From positions 69,256,001-69,320,000 of the forward strand of contig NC_045696.1 of assembly GCF_009834535.1 (NCBI RefSeq): a stretch of DNA of 64,000 nt. Reading direction: 5' to 3'. Source of the DNA: Camelus ferus (lineage: Eukaryota). Positions 35,604-50,409 of the stretch are shown in pieces. Under the pieces are notes generated by a model. The model was given only the letters and a program-made list of their open reading frames with translations. It did not search any database and was not told the DNA's origin. Made by a program: the position numbers and the translations under genes. How positions within the stretch are numbered: the first letter of the stretch is position 1; each line of letters starts with the position of its first letter.

Positions 35604-36037
35604 GCTTCCTGGCCACCTCCGGCTTATCTTTCAGGTCTCAGGTGTATGTGCTACCTTCTCCAGAAGCCACCTGACTTTCTATCTGAGAAAGCCTCTGTAT
35701 GACTGAGTTGCCCCTTTTCTGTGCTCCCTCAGCCCCTACACTGCCCCTACCGCCGCTCACGTCAGCAGCACCGCAATTGTTTATTTCATTGTGTCCCTTG
35801 ATAGACTGTAAGTTCTAGTTGTAGCCCATGGAGATGCAATGTGCGCTGTGAAGGGCAGAAGTTGTTGAGAAATGGCAGTGGTAACAGAAAGGACTACTTG
35901 TAAACCCCAAAACATCATTTTTGATCTGGGTAACTGAAGGGACATCACACATAGAAACCCATATTTCCACATTTTAAAACATGGGTCAGATCGTGCCAGC
36001 CCCTTCAGGAGTTTCCAACACACTTGGAATGAACCCC

Positions 36038-36350
36038 TGCTGTGGTCTGAATGTTTGTGTCCCCCCAGGACTCAGATGTTGAAATCCTAATGCGCAATGT
36101 GATGGTATCGGGGAAGGGCCTTTGGAGGATGCTTTGATGGAGCCTCATGGTGGGATTAGTGTGCTTATAAAAGAGACCCCACAGAGCTCCCTTGCCCCTT
36201 CTGCCCCACCAGGAGACAATGAGACATCTGCAACCCAGGAAAGGACCCTCACCTGACCACGCTGACAACTGATCTCGAACTTCCAGACTCCAGAACTGTG
36301 AGCAAGACATTTCTGTTATTTTGTTCAAGTGGCCCTAACTGGCTGAGACA
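36038..36350 (+). mobile_element. MLT1A-like MaLR LTR within an L2 relic (~36000-36810)
   Basis: tgctgtggtctgaatgtttgtgtcccccca...cttataaaagagacccc...ctccagaactgtgag...ctgagaca; AACCCC on both flanks. Confidence 0.85.
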
Positions 36351-37254
36351 AACCCCAAATCCTCATCACAGGTCCATGAGGACCCATATGATCTGCCACC
36401 AATCTCACCTCCCTCACTCTGCTGTGGCCACAGTGGCTCCTGGCTGTGTCTCCATCACTCCATGCATGAGCCCACCACAGAGCCTGGTTCTTGGGGCACC
36501 TTCTGCCTGGAACCTTCCTCCCGCAGATTTCAGCCTGTCTCCCTCACTCCATCAGGTCTCTGCGCTGATGTGTTCTCAGAGAAGCTCACCTGACCATCCC
36601 AGCTCCCCAGCCCTTTTGCTGCTTCCTTCTTCCTCATAGACTTACCACCACTTAGCACCATATTACATGCTCAGTTGCTTTAGTTTCCTGTCTCCCCTGC
36701 TAGGAAATAAATGCCATGATGGTGGGGATTAGTTCTTGTTTACCACTGTGTTCCCAGCACTTAGAGCAGAGCCTGATTTAAGGTTAGATGTCCTAAGTGT
36801 ATTTGTTGAGTGTGTGTATATAGACCTAGTGAGTCTGAAAGGCACAAATTGAACTAGGAATGGCATGCATGCTTGTCTGTGTCCACTGTCCTCCTTGGCC
36901 CCCACAGGATGAAGCCCTCAGCCCCAAACAGAGAGGCAGGACCAGGGCTAGAAGCAGCATTGACCATCCTCAGCACAGACAATAGGGCCAGGGACATGTT
37001 GTGGATGAACTGAAAAAACAAGAGGCATGAAGATGCTTGTGAAGCACGTGAAGTAGCTCTTGCCCTGGGGGCATCAGACACGCTAAATCCCTCCAGCAAA
37101 CCCACATGGAGCCCTGCTGTGGCCTAGGCACCGAGCTGAACACAGAGACACCCGGAGGAGGAAGATGTAAGCCTTCTCCTCAAGTAACCCACAGACCAGG
37201 GAGGGGCCCAAAGAAATGAGCAAGTGAAACAAGATGTAACAGGTGCTGGAGGCT

Positions 37255-37545
37255 GTGGGTACAGTGGTTAGGATGAGGGCTTCAGAGCCTGATCAAAGAG
37301 ACTCAGATTCTGGCTCAGCCACTAACGAGCTGAGTGACTGCAAGCAAATCACTTCCCCTCTCTCTGTCTTGGTTTCCCTGTCTGTGAGATGAAGATAATA
37401 TTAATGCCTATCTCATAGGATCGTGAAGATTAAGTGAATGTGCCTTTGTATGTGTTCATGTATAATATGTATATATATATGTATATTTCTTAGAACAGTG
37501 ACTGGTACATTGTAAATACTGTGTAACCAGTGATTGTTATTATTA
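37255..37545 (+). mobile_element. MIR SINE (near full length); further MIRs near 8200, 9400, 15500, 16330, 17520, 21800, 21980, 22700, 28400, 33500, 38300, 39150, 40170, 40500, 44520, 50440, 58420, 62600
   Basis: cagtggttagga...ctggctcagccactaacgagctgagtgac...gtttccctgtctgtgagatgaagataata...gtgaagattaa. Confidence 0.8.
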
Positions 37546-40500
37546 TGAGAGACGTGTATATGGAGACAGTGAGGCCGCCAAGTGAGGAGGGTCAACGACC
37601 CCCAGGGTGTGGGCAGAGGCAGAGAAGGCTCACAGAGAGCAGGGCCCTGGAGCTGAAATACTAGAGATGAGTGAACTAGCCCCCCAGGGGAGAGGGACCT
37701 GTGGGGGGGAGTGGCCATGGGGCTTCCAGAGCACTTGCTCGTCTGTAGAACGTTAGTCAGAGGAGACATGGCTGTGACAAAGTGTCACTGGCAGGAGCAG
37801 ATGTCTGGCCAGAAGCAGGACGCAGGACTCAGGGACAGCCTTGGGGAGGCCTCCCAGTCCTGGGGTCCTGACTGCAGCTTCCAGCCTGTCCAGGGAAGTG
37901 GCCACAGGATGGCTCCATGTCCCCAGAATCAGCCAGGGCCATTTACAGGCTGATTGTGATTTTTTTTTTTTAAAAGAAAGAAATGCAATTTGCTGGTGCT
38001 GGGGAAGACATTAATCTTATTACGTGGGCTGCATGAGTCATCCAGGAACAAAGTGAAAGATGGAAATACACTTTGCACAGCCCTGAGTGTGTCACTTTGT
38101 GCCTGCCCAGGGCTGGTCATTACTCCAGGCAGATCTGAGGATCTTCTTCTGTGGGAAGGTCCAGTGCCAGAGAAATTGAGTCCCAGATCTCCTGGGTCCA
38201 TGTCAAACCTCCACCTGTTTGGCAAGCCCAAAAGGAGGTGGGGAAAAACACCTGCCTCCTTCCACACTGTGGTGGGATTTTGAGACAGCCAAAGTCCCCA
38301 CCTTGGCTGTGCTTCTTTTTCATATGAACTTGGGCATGTCCTGTGGCTCCTCAGCTCTTCAGATTTCTCGTCTGAAAATGGAATGCAGAGCCCTCTAATC
38401 GGAGCCGTGGTGAGAGGGGTATGCGACAACGCCCGGGACAAGTATCTGCAGAAGACGTGCTCGGTGAACCTCCTTCTACCCCTTGATGGGTGTGGAGAGT
38501 GGAGAAGCAGCATCTCTTCTGCTGTCCTCTCTTGGAGCCCTTCAGCCCAGCCCCTTCCCCTCTCTGAGTCTCAGTCTGGGATCTGTAAGAAGAGCCACTT
38601 GAAATCAGTCATTATCTTACAGCTCTGCTACGCTACAAGTCTAAGAGTGAGGCAAGAACAAACTTGCCTGGAGGTAACATAAAGGATGTGCTTGTGCTCA
38701 GCTAGTTAGAGTTGAATGGGTTGTTAATGGTGCATAACCGAAGAATAGCTCCCAGCAGGTGCTAAATCAATCTGCGTTGTTGGTTCCAGTGAGCAGCCGT
38801 ACTATTTGGATGAACAGCACAGTTATTTATTTGGGGCTGAATCACAGGTGGAAGCTGGAGAGAGGTAGGAGGGCTTTCCCCAAGGCTGCCATGGGACTTC
38901 ATCAGCCCCTTGTGGGAGGAGGAAGGGGGAACATCAGCTGTGTCTCAGAGCAGGCAGTTTGTACCCGTCCAGAAGCAGGGAAGCAGAAGGAATGGCTCGC
39001 CCACTGCCCCAGAGCGACCTAAAATACCAGCCTGCATTCAGGCCCAGGTCGAATTCAGCCTTCTCTAAGAAGCAGGCAGCCTGGCCTTCTGGAAGAACAC
39101 ATGTTTTAGCCTCAGAATCTTGTCCTGGTTCTTCCTTTGACTGGCTACATAATTTGGGACATGTTATTTCACCTTTTAGAACCCCCATTTCTTCATCTGT
39201 AAAATGGGGGTGGTAATAATCCCATTCCTCATAGATTGTGGAGGGTAAATGAGGTAAAGGAGGTGCCTGCACATAGTAGGTGCTCAACAATGGCAACTGT
39301 ATTAAGTCTTCCTAGGGCCCCTTGGGTTGAAAAGTGTCTTTCTTCCCTACACTTTATGGCAGTTGCTGTGACATCATTGAGACTGGGAGCACTTCACGAA
39401 TCTGCCTTCATCTCCTGATACTTTCTAGGTTTCTAGGGAGTGAGGACTGCTCCAGATACACATCGGATCTCCCTCATGCCTGCACAGAGTAGGTGTTCAA
39501 TTAAAGTGTCCTGCATTAAGTGGAAAACCATCTCCAAGAGAAGAAATAGCATTTCTCTCCTTGCCAGCAGAGCTTCCTCCAACTCCTGCCAGCCAGCCAG
39601 GTGCTGGTGAGCATGTGTGAGTGAGCATGTCTGGTCCTTGGGACTGAATATTCTGTAGACACAGGTCAGGGGACAAAATTGGGCAGGGAGAGAGGCAGGC
39701 CAGCCATAACATATCCAGGGGCCCATATTCTGTCCCTTTGGCAGTAAATCTCAATGTGAAATAATCCTGCCCACCAAACCCTGTTTAGACCAAAATGGCC
39801 ATTCTCCTCACCACTTGCGATGGAAGCCTCAGGCAGAACATCACAGTCCGTGATGAAGGGTGAGTCACACAAAGCAACCTGAAAGGCGAGCGTACTTGTT
39901 GTAAAAGGACAAAAATCTAGCCAGAAGCCAGCTGAAGAACAGTTCTGGTATCCAGGGAGCCACAGGGCATTTGGGGAGGAGGGAATGAAATAATAAACAT
40001 GCTAACCCTGCCCCCACTGTGTGTCAGATACTGGCCATAGGTGACCTATCATTAACACTATTTTTTGAAATTTAAAAAAAACACATCAAAAGTATCTGTA
40101 ATAAGACAGACACTTGTACAGGTGATTAATTAATCCTTGTGACTGTGCTATAGGGTGAGAGATATTAGTCTCATTGACAGATGTGAAAACTGAGACCTGG
40201 AGGTTTTGTGGTTTGCCCGCAGTCACAGCACTCGCTGTGTGCCCTCTGCCACCAAAGCCCATGCTCTGTTCTCTGTACTGTGGTCATGGCCCAGCCTCCC
40301 ACCCAGAGCAGGGATGGCCTCCAGCATCCTTGACTCTGAACTTCCAGCTCAGGTTCAACAGCTTCCAGCAATGAGGTCTCACAGCCTTGCAATAATAATC
40401 CTAGTGAGTTGCTAGCATGTACGTGTCAAGCACTGTTCAGCGTCCATTACAAACATCGCCTCCTAATCCTCACAATAGCCCCAGGAGGCAGGTACCACTA

Positions 40501-43500
40501 TTTCCTTCGCTGCATAGATGAGAGCAGAGAGGTTAAGAAATTTGCCAAGGGCACACAACTATTCAGAGGTAGAGCTGGCACTTGACCCGGGTGGCTGCCC
40601 CAGAGGTCACACTCCTGCCTGCTTTCCCAAGAGCTTCCCTCAGGCAGCCCACTTCACTGCTGTGCTGCTTTGCTTAAAAGGTTGTCCTTATTCTGATCCA
40701 TGACTGCTGCCCCAGATCTTTGATCCACTCATTTTAGTTTAGAAAAATTCCAGCCCTGCTTGAACGTGACAGTGTTTTAGCTAGCAGCCCACTTCTCTCT
40801 TCCATCCCCTCTTCTCTTGCTCTGGTTCTGATTTCCCTCCATCTCCTGGCATTGATGTGCCTCAGCAGAGGGCGCAGAGCTGCCCCAGCATTCTAGGCAT
40901 CATTGAACGAATCCGCAGACGGGATGAGCTTACTGGGGTCACATCCCTCTGTTGCCTCTGGAGTCATTTAAAACCTCCAGGTCTTCTTCAGTTGAACAGG
41001 GTGAGTCACATGGCCCCCACCCTGTGCTTGTACATTCAGCTATGAGTCAGGGGCTCCACATCCCACCAGCTCAGCACTTTCTTCCCCAGAGGGCTCAGTT
41101 CAGCTCCTGAGCCTGCACACAAGAGCATCTAGAACCCCCTCGGGGTCCTCGCCCTCTCTGAGCTTCCAGGGCAACCTCATAGGTGAACCCAAAGAAGGGC
41201 AGAACCGTGATTCACAGCAGGGACCACGTGTCACCCCAGGGTGGTGGTTGGGTGGCACCAGAAGTGGAGCTCCTCTCCGCAAGGCTGCACGGGAGATGGC
41301 CTTGGGCCCTTGCAGGCGATGTGAAGGTGTCCCTCATGGGAAGATGATGCTGATGGTAAGATCTTGATCTGGCTTCTGAGCCCTTATGGAATGTGCCCAT
41401 TGAGGCGCTGCTTCTCTCAGCCTATTCACGAAGCAGCAATGTCTCAGAGGGGGAAGGCAGGGGCAGCAGAAAGTGCTTTGACTTTTTAGTCTCTTGGTGA
41501 CTTAATTCTTCCATCCCATTATTTATTATAAAGAATCAGTAATATAATATAATGCCAGGGAAGGGAGTCATCCTTGGTTTTGGCCAAGTCCTAAAGCATG
41601 ATCCAAGCCAAAAAGGAAACGTACTGGGGTTTTGTACTCAGTGCATACTCAGGGAGCTCATGGAAGTGACAGGAATTCTGAAGACAGCCTGGAAGCAGGG
41701 TAAGAGCCAGGACAGGAGGGATGGAGAGTCGGGTGTCGCCTTTTTGTGTTACTTTGCTCAACAGGCAAAGCCCCTGGGGAGAGTCTGATTGGTTGGACTT
41801 AGGTCCTAAGCTCACCTCCTTGGCTGCCCTGGGGCAACAGAGGAGGAATCTGATGAAGGGTGTCTCCTGGAACTCCTTTGCTTCTATATTTGGGGACATG
41901 AACACTAATAATGCACCACATACCAGCCTGCCCACCATGGGGGAGGGGTAACTCCCCAAAAGGAAACTGGGGTGTTTTTAGACAGAAAAAGAACTCTGGA
42001 TAGCCAACTTGAGCATACAAATAAAACCAGAAATGTCTACCCCATTCTTAAAAACCAGAGCTCAAATCATTAGTAATTAAAAAATGAAAGAGGGAAAAAC
42101 CAGGATCCCCCTTTAGAGGCACAGAGGGTTGGCGCAGAGAACACAGCCATTATCTCCTTTCCCTGGAGGGGCTGGAAGATGTTTCATTCCATCCTGGGGA
42201 AAGCTAGCTACTTCCCAATGAAGCAAAGAAGTCCAAACAAATTGAGGTGTTTTATCAAAACAAATTGAAGAACTGTTCCCTGCTACAGTTACTTGATTCA
42301 AAAGGCTGTGGGATGTGTCCCACTTGAAAGCATTGTCACGAGGGGTAAATTAGATGCAGTGCAGCTCTGGATGCAACAAGTGTTTGGTTCTCCCTATTTG
42401 CTGTTGTGTTTCCAAGGTGGAAACTGCTTCTCTCCCTATGTCTGGTCTAAAATACATCTTGATAGGAGATGTCGTTGTTTGGGATTAGAGAAAGATGGGG
42501 GAGCAAGAGACAAGGGAAGAGCAATGATGATACATAGGGAGTGGACAGGCATAGACATTTGGAGTGTCCCTTTGTGGGATTCCATCTATTAGGCCTCCTA
42601 GCAGGGGCACCATACACAGTGGGCATTCAGACGGGATGAGGATTGGGTTAGATGAACAGCTGGACCCACTGGACTGGGGCCTGATACAAAAAGAATGCCC
42701 CATCAGGAAAGTCTGCTGTGGTGTAATGACACACCATCCCTTCCTTCTGGCAGAGTCCCCCTTTGCCCCAATGGCAGGGACATGATTGTGCTCCTGTGAT
42801 CCAGCAGCATTTTATCCAGGCTCTGGGAGGGCCCAGGCGGAGCACCAGATTACCAGACATTGGCCACAAACAGACACCTTCAAGCTGAGAGCTGGACCAT
42901 CCAGGAGAGAGTTCGGTGTTGGTGATGTTCTAGGGGAGGGGTCTGGAGCCAGCTCCTGGAGACACTGCTTTGTGTGCTCTGACCTGGCAGCCCACACTCA
43001 CATGTTCGGCCATCCTTGTGCTTTGCTAGTCTGCTCAAAATATTAAAGAGGGCTCTCTGGGCCAGTTGTTGGATTCATTACTGGTATAACGCCCACCAGC
43101 ATCTCTCACTTGGGGCATCTCCCTTCAAACTCAAGACAGACCATCCCTCCAAAGGCCTCAGTGTGCCATGTTCACGGCCCTGAGTGGTGGAAAGTCCTTT
43201 CTGCACCTTCTAGCCTTTGGCTCTAGTTCTGCCCTGAGGTGTCCCTAATTATGATAAATCCCTCTTCCATAGGAGGACCCTCACAAATGTAAACCCGGGT
43301 GCCCTGAGCTTCTTTCTCCCTGTCAAGCACCCTCAGCTCCCCCAAATCACTCACTGGTCAGTTTTCCAGATCGCTGAGCAGATCCCGGCCACTGTCTTCA
43401 GGCCGGGGCCCAGGAGGCCTTACTTAACTCTGACTGTGCTGGCAAAGACAGCCTGTGTGGTGGTGCTTCTCTGGCGCTCTGCCCAGAGGCACTTGGCAGT

Positions 43501-45269
43501 TGAGGGCTCGCTCCTCCTTCAGTCTTAGTGGGGGCGGCGGGGATTCACCTCCAGTGGGTGTTTCCAAGCTTATCAGGGTTGTGGTTCAACCAGCCCTGCC
43601 CTTGAGGTGCCTGCTGCACAGAGCCAGCCCTCCAAGCCCCAACACCCCCAGGATGAGTATAGGTGGTTGGGGGTGAGCCTCTCATTCCACTATTGGGTCC
43701 CACTGCCTGAGTTCTTGGTTCTTCGATACTTCTGGCAGCCGTGTCTGCAGGTTCTGGTCCAGATGCAAAAAAAGGCAGTGCTGTCAGCCTCCTGCTCCTG
43801 CTGTTTGTCCAACACCCACGGAGTGGGAGCCAGTCCCCCTAAGCCCAGAGTCGTGACGGGCTTTGTGCAGCTCTGCGCGGGCGAGCTGTAGTTCTCATCC
43901 TTTTAGGGGCCACCAGAGGGATGGGGAATGTGGGAAAGGGTTGTGTGGGTTGGGCCAGGAGCCACAGAGGAGCCCAGTGCATTCTGCTGGGCCTCCAACT
44001 CAGGCACCTCCCACCCTGCTGGGCTGAGAAAACAGCCCGGAGGTAGAGGAGGCCCCACAGGAGAGACACGGCTTCAGTTTTCAGTTGGGGACAGGCTGCA
44101 GCTCCAATCAGCCCCATCTTCCCTGGGAACTGTGGAGGTAGGGGGGTGTTTATCAGAGAGGCTCTTGTAGAAGCTGTAATCTGCATCTCATTTTATGGAT
44201 TTATATTTGCTTTGTTCATTTCCCTTTGTTTCCCCAGAGTTGCTTTTGGTGTAAACGTTTCTTTTGAATATTTTTCAATAACACTACAGAGAGAAGGCGT
44301 CCTCCCCCAACCCCAGTTCTATTGCAGTGACTCCTAAGCTGGGGAGATGAGGCAGCGACAGCTTCCCCCAAGCAGAAGGTGGGGGCCAGAGAGAGCTGCA
44401 GACGGAGGGGAAGGCAGGATTGCTGAGCCCCTTTTGACTGTCGGGCAGGGCGCTCCATGCATGTAATCAGATTGCATTCTCACCACAACCCTGCGGGTAA
44501 ACTTGATTATTCCCATTTGATTTTTTCAGATGAGGAAACAGAGGCTCAGAGAAGTTGAGTCACTTGGATTACTTCCAGCTGGTACGTGGCAGAGCGGGGT
44601 TTGGAACTAGGGTCTGACCCTCTCTTGCCTTCATGGTGCCTCAGGGCTGAGAGGGGAGAGGCAGGACTGCTCCATCTCTCTGGCCCATAGTTGACTCCCC
44701 CAGGACCCCATTTTCCTCTTCCCTTGGAGAATTGTGCTTTGTGTCTATGGGCTCATCCCTTCCTATGGGTATGAGCATCTCAGAAGTAAGATACTTCTGT
44801 GGGAGAAAGGAGACAAAGTGCCTGAGTCTGGAGGACCTGGCCCACCAGGACAGACAGGCGTCTTGGCCAGGCTCTCCTCTCAGGTCTCTGGGGGGGCAGA
44901 CACGTTGGGAAGTCGTTAGGAGGCCTGATGGTCTCCCAACTGGGCCAGGACTCCTCTCCAGGGTCGTTGGCAGGAGAGAGTGTTGTCCAAGGAGCCCCAT
45001 GCAGGTGCATTTAAGTGCGGCCCATCCCCCGAGGCACCCTGTGTGTGTCTGCTCAGCCAAGCCAAGGGGTCTGAGTGTGTGGGACTCGCCGCTTGACCCA
45101 ACCAATGATGTCTGAACTGGGCCATGGGGGTTAACCCCCACAACCTCCTCATTTAACAGCACGTAGGGGAGTGAAACCACACAGCTGGTTCACCAGCCTG
45201 CTCCAGATTCCCAGGCTCTCTGTGACCAGCCTCCGTGCCTGTCCCCTCCCCGGTGGCTTTCATCAGCCG

Positions 45270-45868
45270 TGTTACTGAGCCACTTTGCTTTGCCCACACG
45301 CAGCAACCCCAACACTGAGATGCCAAGGTTTACAGCAAAGAGAGAGCTTATTTGCAAGACAGATAAGCGAGAGAACAGCAGATTGAGTCTCAAATTCATC
45401 CCCTCTAAGTCAAGGGCAGGGGTATTTATGGGATAAGGAGTAAAGGAGCAGGGGCTTGAGGCTGGCGGTGGGGGAGGTTGCGTGGGGAAAGGTGATTCAG
45501 AAAAGGTGCAGGAATTGCAGTTCTGCGCAGGCGTAACCAGGTTACAGGCCTCTACACGTTCTGAGGGTGGAGTTTGCAGCCTTCTGATGTCAAAAAAGTC
45601 ACCAAAGACACTCACACATGCCCAGTTGGAGGGTCCGTGGTCCTATCCACCTGGTGGTCTTAACCAGCTCAGCTCGAACTAGATACACACAGCTGACTCT
45701 GGGCTCTGCTGAACTAAATACAGCTGACTCCTAATTCCTGGAAAATGACTCAGGCAGATATCTTATTGTTTAGTCCTGTGCCCCTTGGAGGACATGCAAG
45801 CCTTAAAACTGACCTTGATTAGTGAAGGCAGGTGAAATGGATTTCACTAATCATTGCCCATAGTTTCA
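45270..45868 (-). mobile_element. Solo ERV1-like LTR (~600 bp)
   Basis: Termini TGTTAC...GTTTCA (TGAAAC...GTAACA on -); minus-strand CATAAATA TATA-like box (gtatttatg) and AATAAG polyA-like signal; TSD degenerate. Confidence 0.7.
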
Positions 45869-48800
45869 TCTGGGTATCAGCGGGTATTCCCCACATCAGA
45901 GGTATTGATTCTGGCTCAAAATCTCCAGGGAGGGTCCAGGAGTCCACATTTTAAAACACTCCCCAGGCAGTTCTTTCACATACTAAATTGAGCCCTTTGA
46001 CTAGATCATGCAAGTGAAGTTTAACAAACTTCAGTTATCAGGGTTTTAAATAAGCAGAGCTAAGGGATGGATGTAACTTGGCTTTATTCACCATCCTCTG
46101 GCCCCACTTGGATTTGCATCTTGGAGGGAGGGTCCTGCCCGGTGGATAAGCAGGATGGATGGGGTAGGAAAGGTTGAGAAGCAGAGGTTGCTCTTAGAGG
46201 GGTCCCGCACAGCCTACTTCTCTCCTTTATGTCACCTGCCTGGAAACTTCAAGTTTGCTCCTTCATGGTGGGCTCACAAACTGGGCTGTAGGCCTGGATC
46301 TGACAATAACTGGAACCCTGGAGAAATAAGACATGTCCCCACATTGGACCTCAGCATGATGAGAGGTTGTACTCCATGGTCTCGGGCCCTTTCTCACTCA
46401 CATTCTGGAGCCCTGTGACTCATGGGTGGTAAACATGTCTTAACTGGCTGGTGTTCACCACAGCCAGATAGGACCTGGAACATGGTAGGTGCTTAGTCGA
46501 GGCTGATTGCCAGATGCAATTAATTTGGAGGTTTATGCAGGATTTGTGGGAGTATGTTTTGGTTACAGATTGACTCAGGGGCTATTGACATGTAGGAAGG
46601 AAAAGATGTTCTCAAGGGAGATCTGTTCTATGAGCAGCTTATTTAAACAGTGTCTCAGAACTTGTTTTATCACGTGACACATGTCTTTGTACAAATGTGC
46701 TGAATTGGCCAACCTGACCTGAGCTGTTGGAGCCAGTCCAGGGAGTGTGGTGACCCACGACAGGTAGAGATGTGAGCTGGGAAGGAGGCCAGTGGCCTTC
46801 CAGACACAGACCTGGGCGTGGTGGGCTGGCTTGGAAACACACATGGGGGCCTATTTTTAAAAAGCCATTGGCTATAGGGGTATATTGTGTGAGACAGTAT
46901 GGGAGGAATGAATTCCAGAGGCTTGTGGGTAGGGAGAGGTGGCTTCATAGAAGGTAATGCTTGACTTAAGGCAATGTTGGAAGGAATTTAGGGATTTATG
47001 TAGCTGCCCACCAGTTTTGTAGTTTTCTAAGAGAAGGTAATTACTGCCTTCAGGAATGGGAGATATTGTTGCAGAGCTTATAACAGATGCTGGCACGTGA
47101 GAGATGCCACTGGGTGTTCCCAGGCTACCCTAACGCCACAGAGTCTGCAGTTGGCTCCACAGGTGAAAGCACTCATGGTGGGTTTCACTTGAGACTGAAC
47201 CATGTCCCCAGCTCTACTTCCCCAGCGCTGGGACTGACCTGAGAGGCATCAGTGCAACATGCTTACACTATATAACTTTAATATTTCCGTTCTTCTTTAT
47301 TATTTTGGATCTTCTCCAAATCCTCTACCTTGAAAGTAAAGTTCCTCTAGATTCAGAAAATAATCTGAATTTTAAAAACTTGTATTCAAATGAGAAAGAC
47401 CCAACTCACATACATAGGATGGTTTACCATTCGTCCAATCATGGACAGTGTCAAGAAAACGCCCCATTTTCCTCCTTTCTCAGATAACCATGCTCCTTAC
47501 CCCAGATATTGACAGAAAACTTAACATTGAGGAGCTTCCTACTGTCCAAAACTGTGTGGAGTTCTCAGTATAGGGGTCCTGCTCTCATCCTGGGGTCCAG
47601 GCCGTGAGTCAGGCCTACACGAGTCTCAGCTGCACCAGCCGCGTCTTGAAGGCAAGATAGAAACCTCACTGCGCACCGAGGTTGGTGGCTCTCATCCAGA
47701 GTAGCTGGGCTCAGTGAAAGCAAAGTGAAATCCTCTGGAGCTCACACATCTCTGAACCAAAATCCTTGCCAACGCAGAGCTGCTGGAGATGGCTGTGCAG
47801 AGACAGCACGGGAAGATTCTCAGGGCTGTGCCAGCAATAACCCACGAAGGCACCACTGTGGTGCTCTTGGCAAAATAGTAACAACAGGCCCCACTATCCA
47901 TGATGACTATTTAATAAATGGTTATTCTGTGAGTTAAAGCCTTTATAGTCACAGGGTCAGCCACACCAGTGGTTAACACGTTGAACACTTCCTTACTGGT
48001 TGATAAATAGCCACTCAAATGTCCCACCACCCTAGCGGCCTCATGGCCCCTTCCACAGTCTAGTTGGGGTCCTCCATGCCCCAGGTCCTCCACACCCTGT
48101 CTCCTCTGCTAGGGCTAAGTTTCTTTCTCATTGCTGGCTTAAGTCAGCATCCCCAAAATCCTGCTGGACATCACCACCACCATCACCTGAGGTTTCCACA
48201 GCTATCTGGAGGACCCATCTCTGCTTTGCTCACCACTGGCCCCCAGGAACCCTGGGTAGGTACCCAGTGGGAGTTCCTTTGGTGTTCACCAAACTGTTGG
48301 CCCAAGAGCAAGCCTGCTCCTCTTATCCCTGTATCTCTTCTGGAAAAAGTGAGTCCAACCCCGGTTCCTGGTGCCTAGCTGATCCCTAAGGCTGCAGCTC
48401 TCCCTCACCAGCCAGTGTTCCCTGGCATCTTCCTTAGACAGCAGCCTATTATGCAGACTGCAGCCTCTGAAAGACCTGGGCTCCGGGAGAGCTGGGAAGA
48501 GAAAGGGAGAGCTTTCATTATTCCCCTTGTATGCACAGGACTTCAGCTACTGCAAGGAACAGAGACCCATTCACACCAGCTCAAGTAAAGGGGGTTTAGT
48601 ATAAAGCTCCATGTAGAAGATTAAGGGCACCTCAAAGCCCTAGGAATCTAGACCCAGGAACCTGGGGCTGTGGATGGATTCAAAGCAATTCTGGTTTCTA
48701 AGAAACAATTTTCTAAGGAAATCCCCTCTAACTCAGGGGCTGCAAGCAGCAGTACCTCCATGTGCCAGGCAGGCAACATAAGCGTGAGGCTGGCCAGACA

Positions 48801-49344
48801 GAGCAGAGCAGGGCGTGGGGGAGGCTGGCAGATGGGAAAGCTCACAGCCCGTGTAAAGAGGCAGCACCCTGTCTCCAGAGGATTGTAGCCATGCAGACCC
48901 TGTGCTACAGAGCTTCTGGCTGGCTTTTAGTGTGAAGTCTCCTGAGTTTTAAAGATTGAGAACAGACTGACAAAAATGCAGACCACTATGTGGTCGTATC
49001 CCATGACAGTCTTATTCCATAAATTCTGGTTATACAGCTTTTCAGTTGCTCCACCATTGACCTGACTTGTCCTCCACCAGCTGGCGAATTCTTTTAGTTC
49101 CTATTCAGGCTCCTAAGACAAGAAAATGAATTGGCCTGGCTCATTCCTTTGGATCACATCAGGCAAGACCATGATTGGTTGCCTTTAGGTCAGTTGCCTA
49201 CTCCTGTCTAGTCCAATCAGCTGTGGCCAGCAGGCAAGGGAGGATATGGGGGCAAAATGTGGTCTGTCAATCAGCAGGGCTGCAGTTGGGCGGGCCTAGC
49301 AAACATGCCTATACACATATGTTATCACAATCTCCAGAAGAGCC

Positions 49345-50409
49345 TGTATTTGTCAGCATTGTCCAGAAAAACAGAATATATATAAACATATATAAATAGA
49401 ATATATACATATGTATACAGGCAAATCTCAGCGCTGGTGGGCGTTTGGTTCCAGACCATCTCAGTAAAGTGACTATCACAATAAAGTGAGTCACATGAAC
49501 TTTTGGCTTCCCAGTGCATATAAAAGTTATATTTACTGTTTACTCTATACTGTAGTCTATTAAGTGTGTAAGAGCATTATGTCTAAAAAAGCAACGTGCC
49601 TACCTTAATTAAAAAATACTTTACTGCTAAGAAATGTTAACTATCATCTGAGTCTCTAGCGAGTTGTGATCTCTTTGCAGCAGTAGCATGAAAGATCACT
49701 GATCACAGATCACTATTGCAAATATAATAACAATGAAAAGGTTTGAAATATTGAGAGCATTACCAACATGTGACACTGAGACAAGAAGTGAGGCAAATGC
49801 TGTTGAAAAAAGGGCACCAATAGACTTGCTTGATGCAGGGTTGCCACAAACCTTCAATTTGTAAAAAATGCAGTATCTGTGAGGCATAATAAAACAGCGT
49901 GTGCCTTCACATTCTATAAGTATATGTACATATTATATATAATACATATTCGTATCACATAACTGTATATATGTGTGTATACACACACACAGAGATAGAT
50001 TTATTTTAAGGAACTGGCTCATGCAGTTGTGAGGCTGGCAAATCCACAATCTATAGAGTAGGTCAGCCGACTGGAGGCTGAGGCAGGAGTAAATGTCACC
50101 ATCTTGAGTCTGAAATCCACCAGGCAGGCTGGCAAGCTGGCAGGCTGGAAACTCAGGCAAGAGCTAATATTGCAGCTTTGAGACAGAATTTCTTCTCCAA
50201 GAAACTTCTGGTTTTGCCATGAAGGCCTTCAACTGATTGGATGAGGCCCACACACATTATCAAGTGTAACCTCTTTGACTTAATGTCAACTGATTATAGA
50301 CGTTAACCACATCTACACATAACCTTCACAGAGACACCTAGATTAGTATTTGATTAGACACATGGGTCCTATAATCTAGCCAAGCTGACACAAAAAACTA
50401 ACCATCACA
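49345..50409 (-). mobile_element. MLT2-like (ERVL) LTR interrupted by Tigger1
   Basis: tgtatt...ccagaaaaacagaa...(TA-rich)...gatttattttaaggaactggctcatgc...ccttcaactgattggatgaggcccacacacattat...caagctgacac...aaccatcaca. Confidence 0.85.
49418..49907 (-). mobile_element. Internally deleted Tigger1 DNA transposon
   Basis: TA|CAGGCA terminus; both Tigger1 ends present (ggttccagacca...; gggttgccacaaaccttcaatttgtaaaaaatgcagtatctg...tgcct); inserted in the TA-rich tract of MLT2. Confidence 0.85.
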
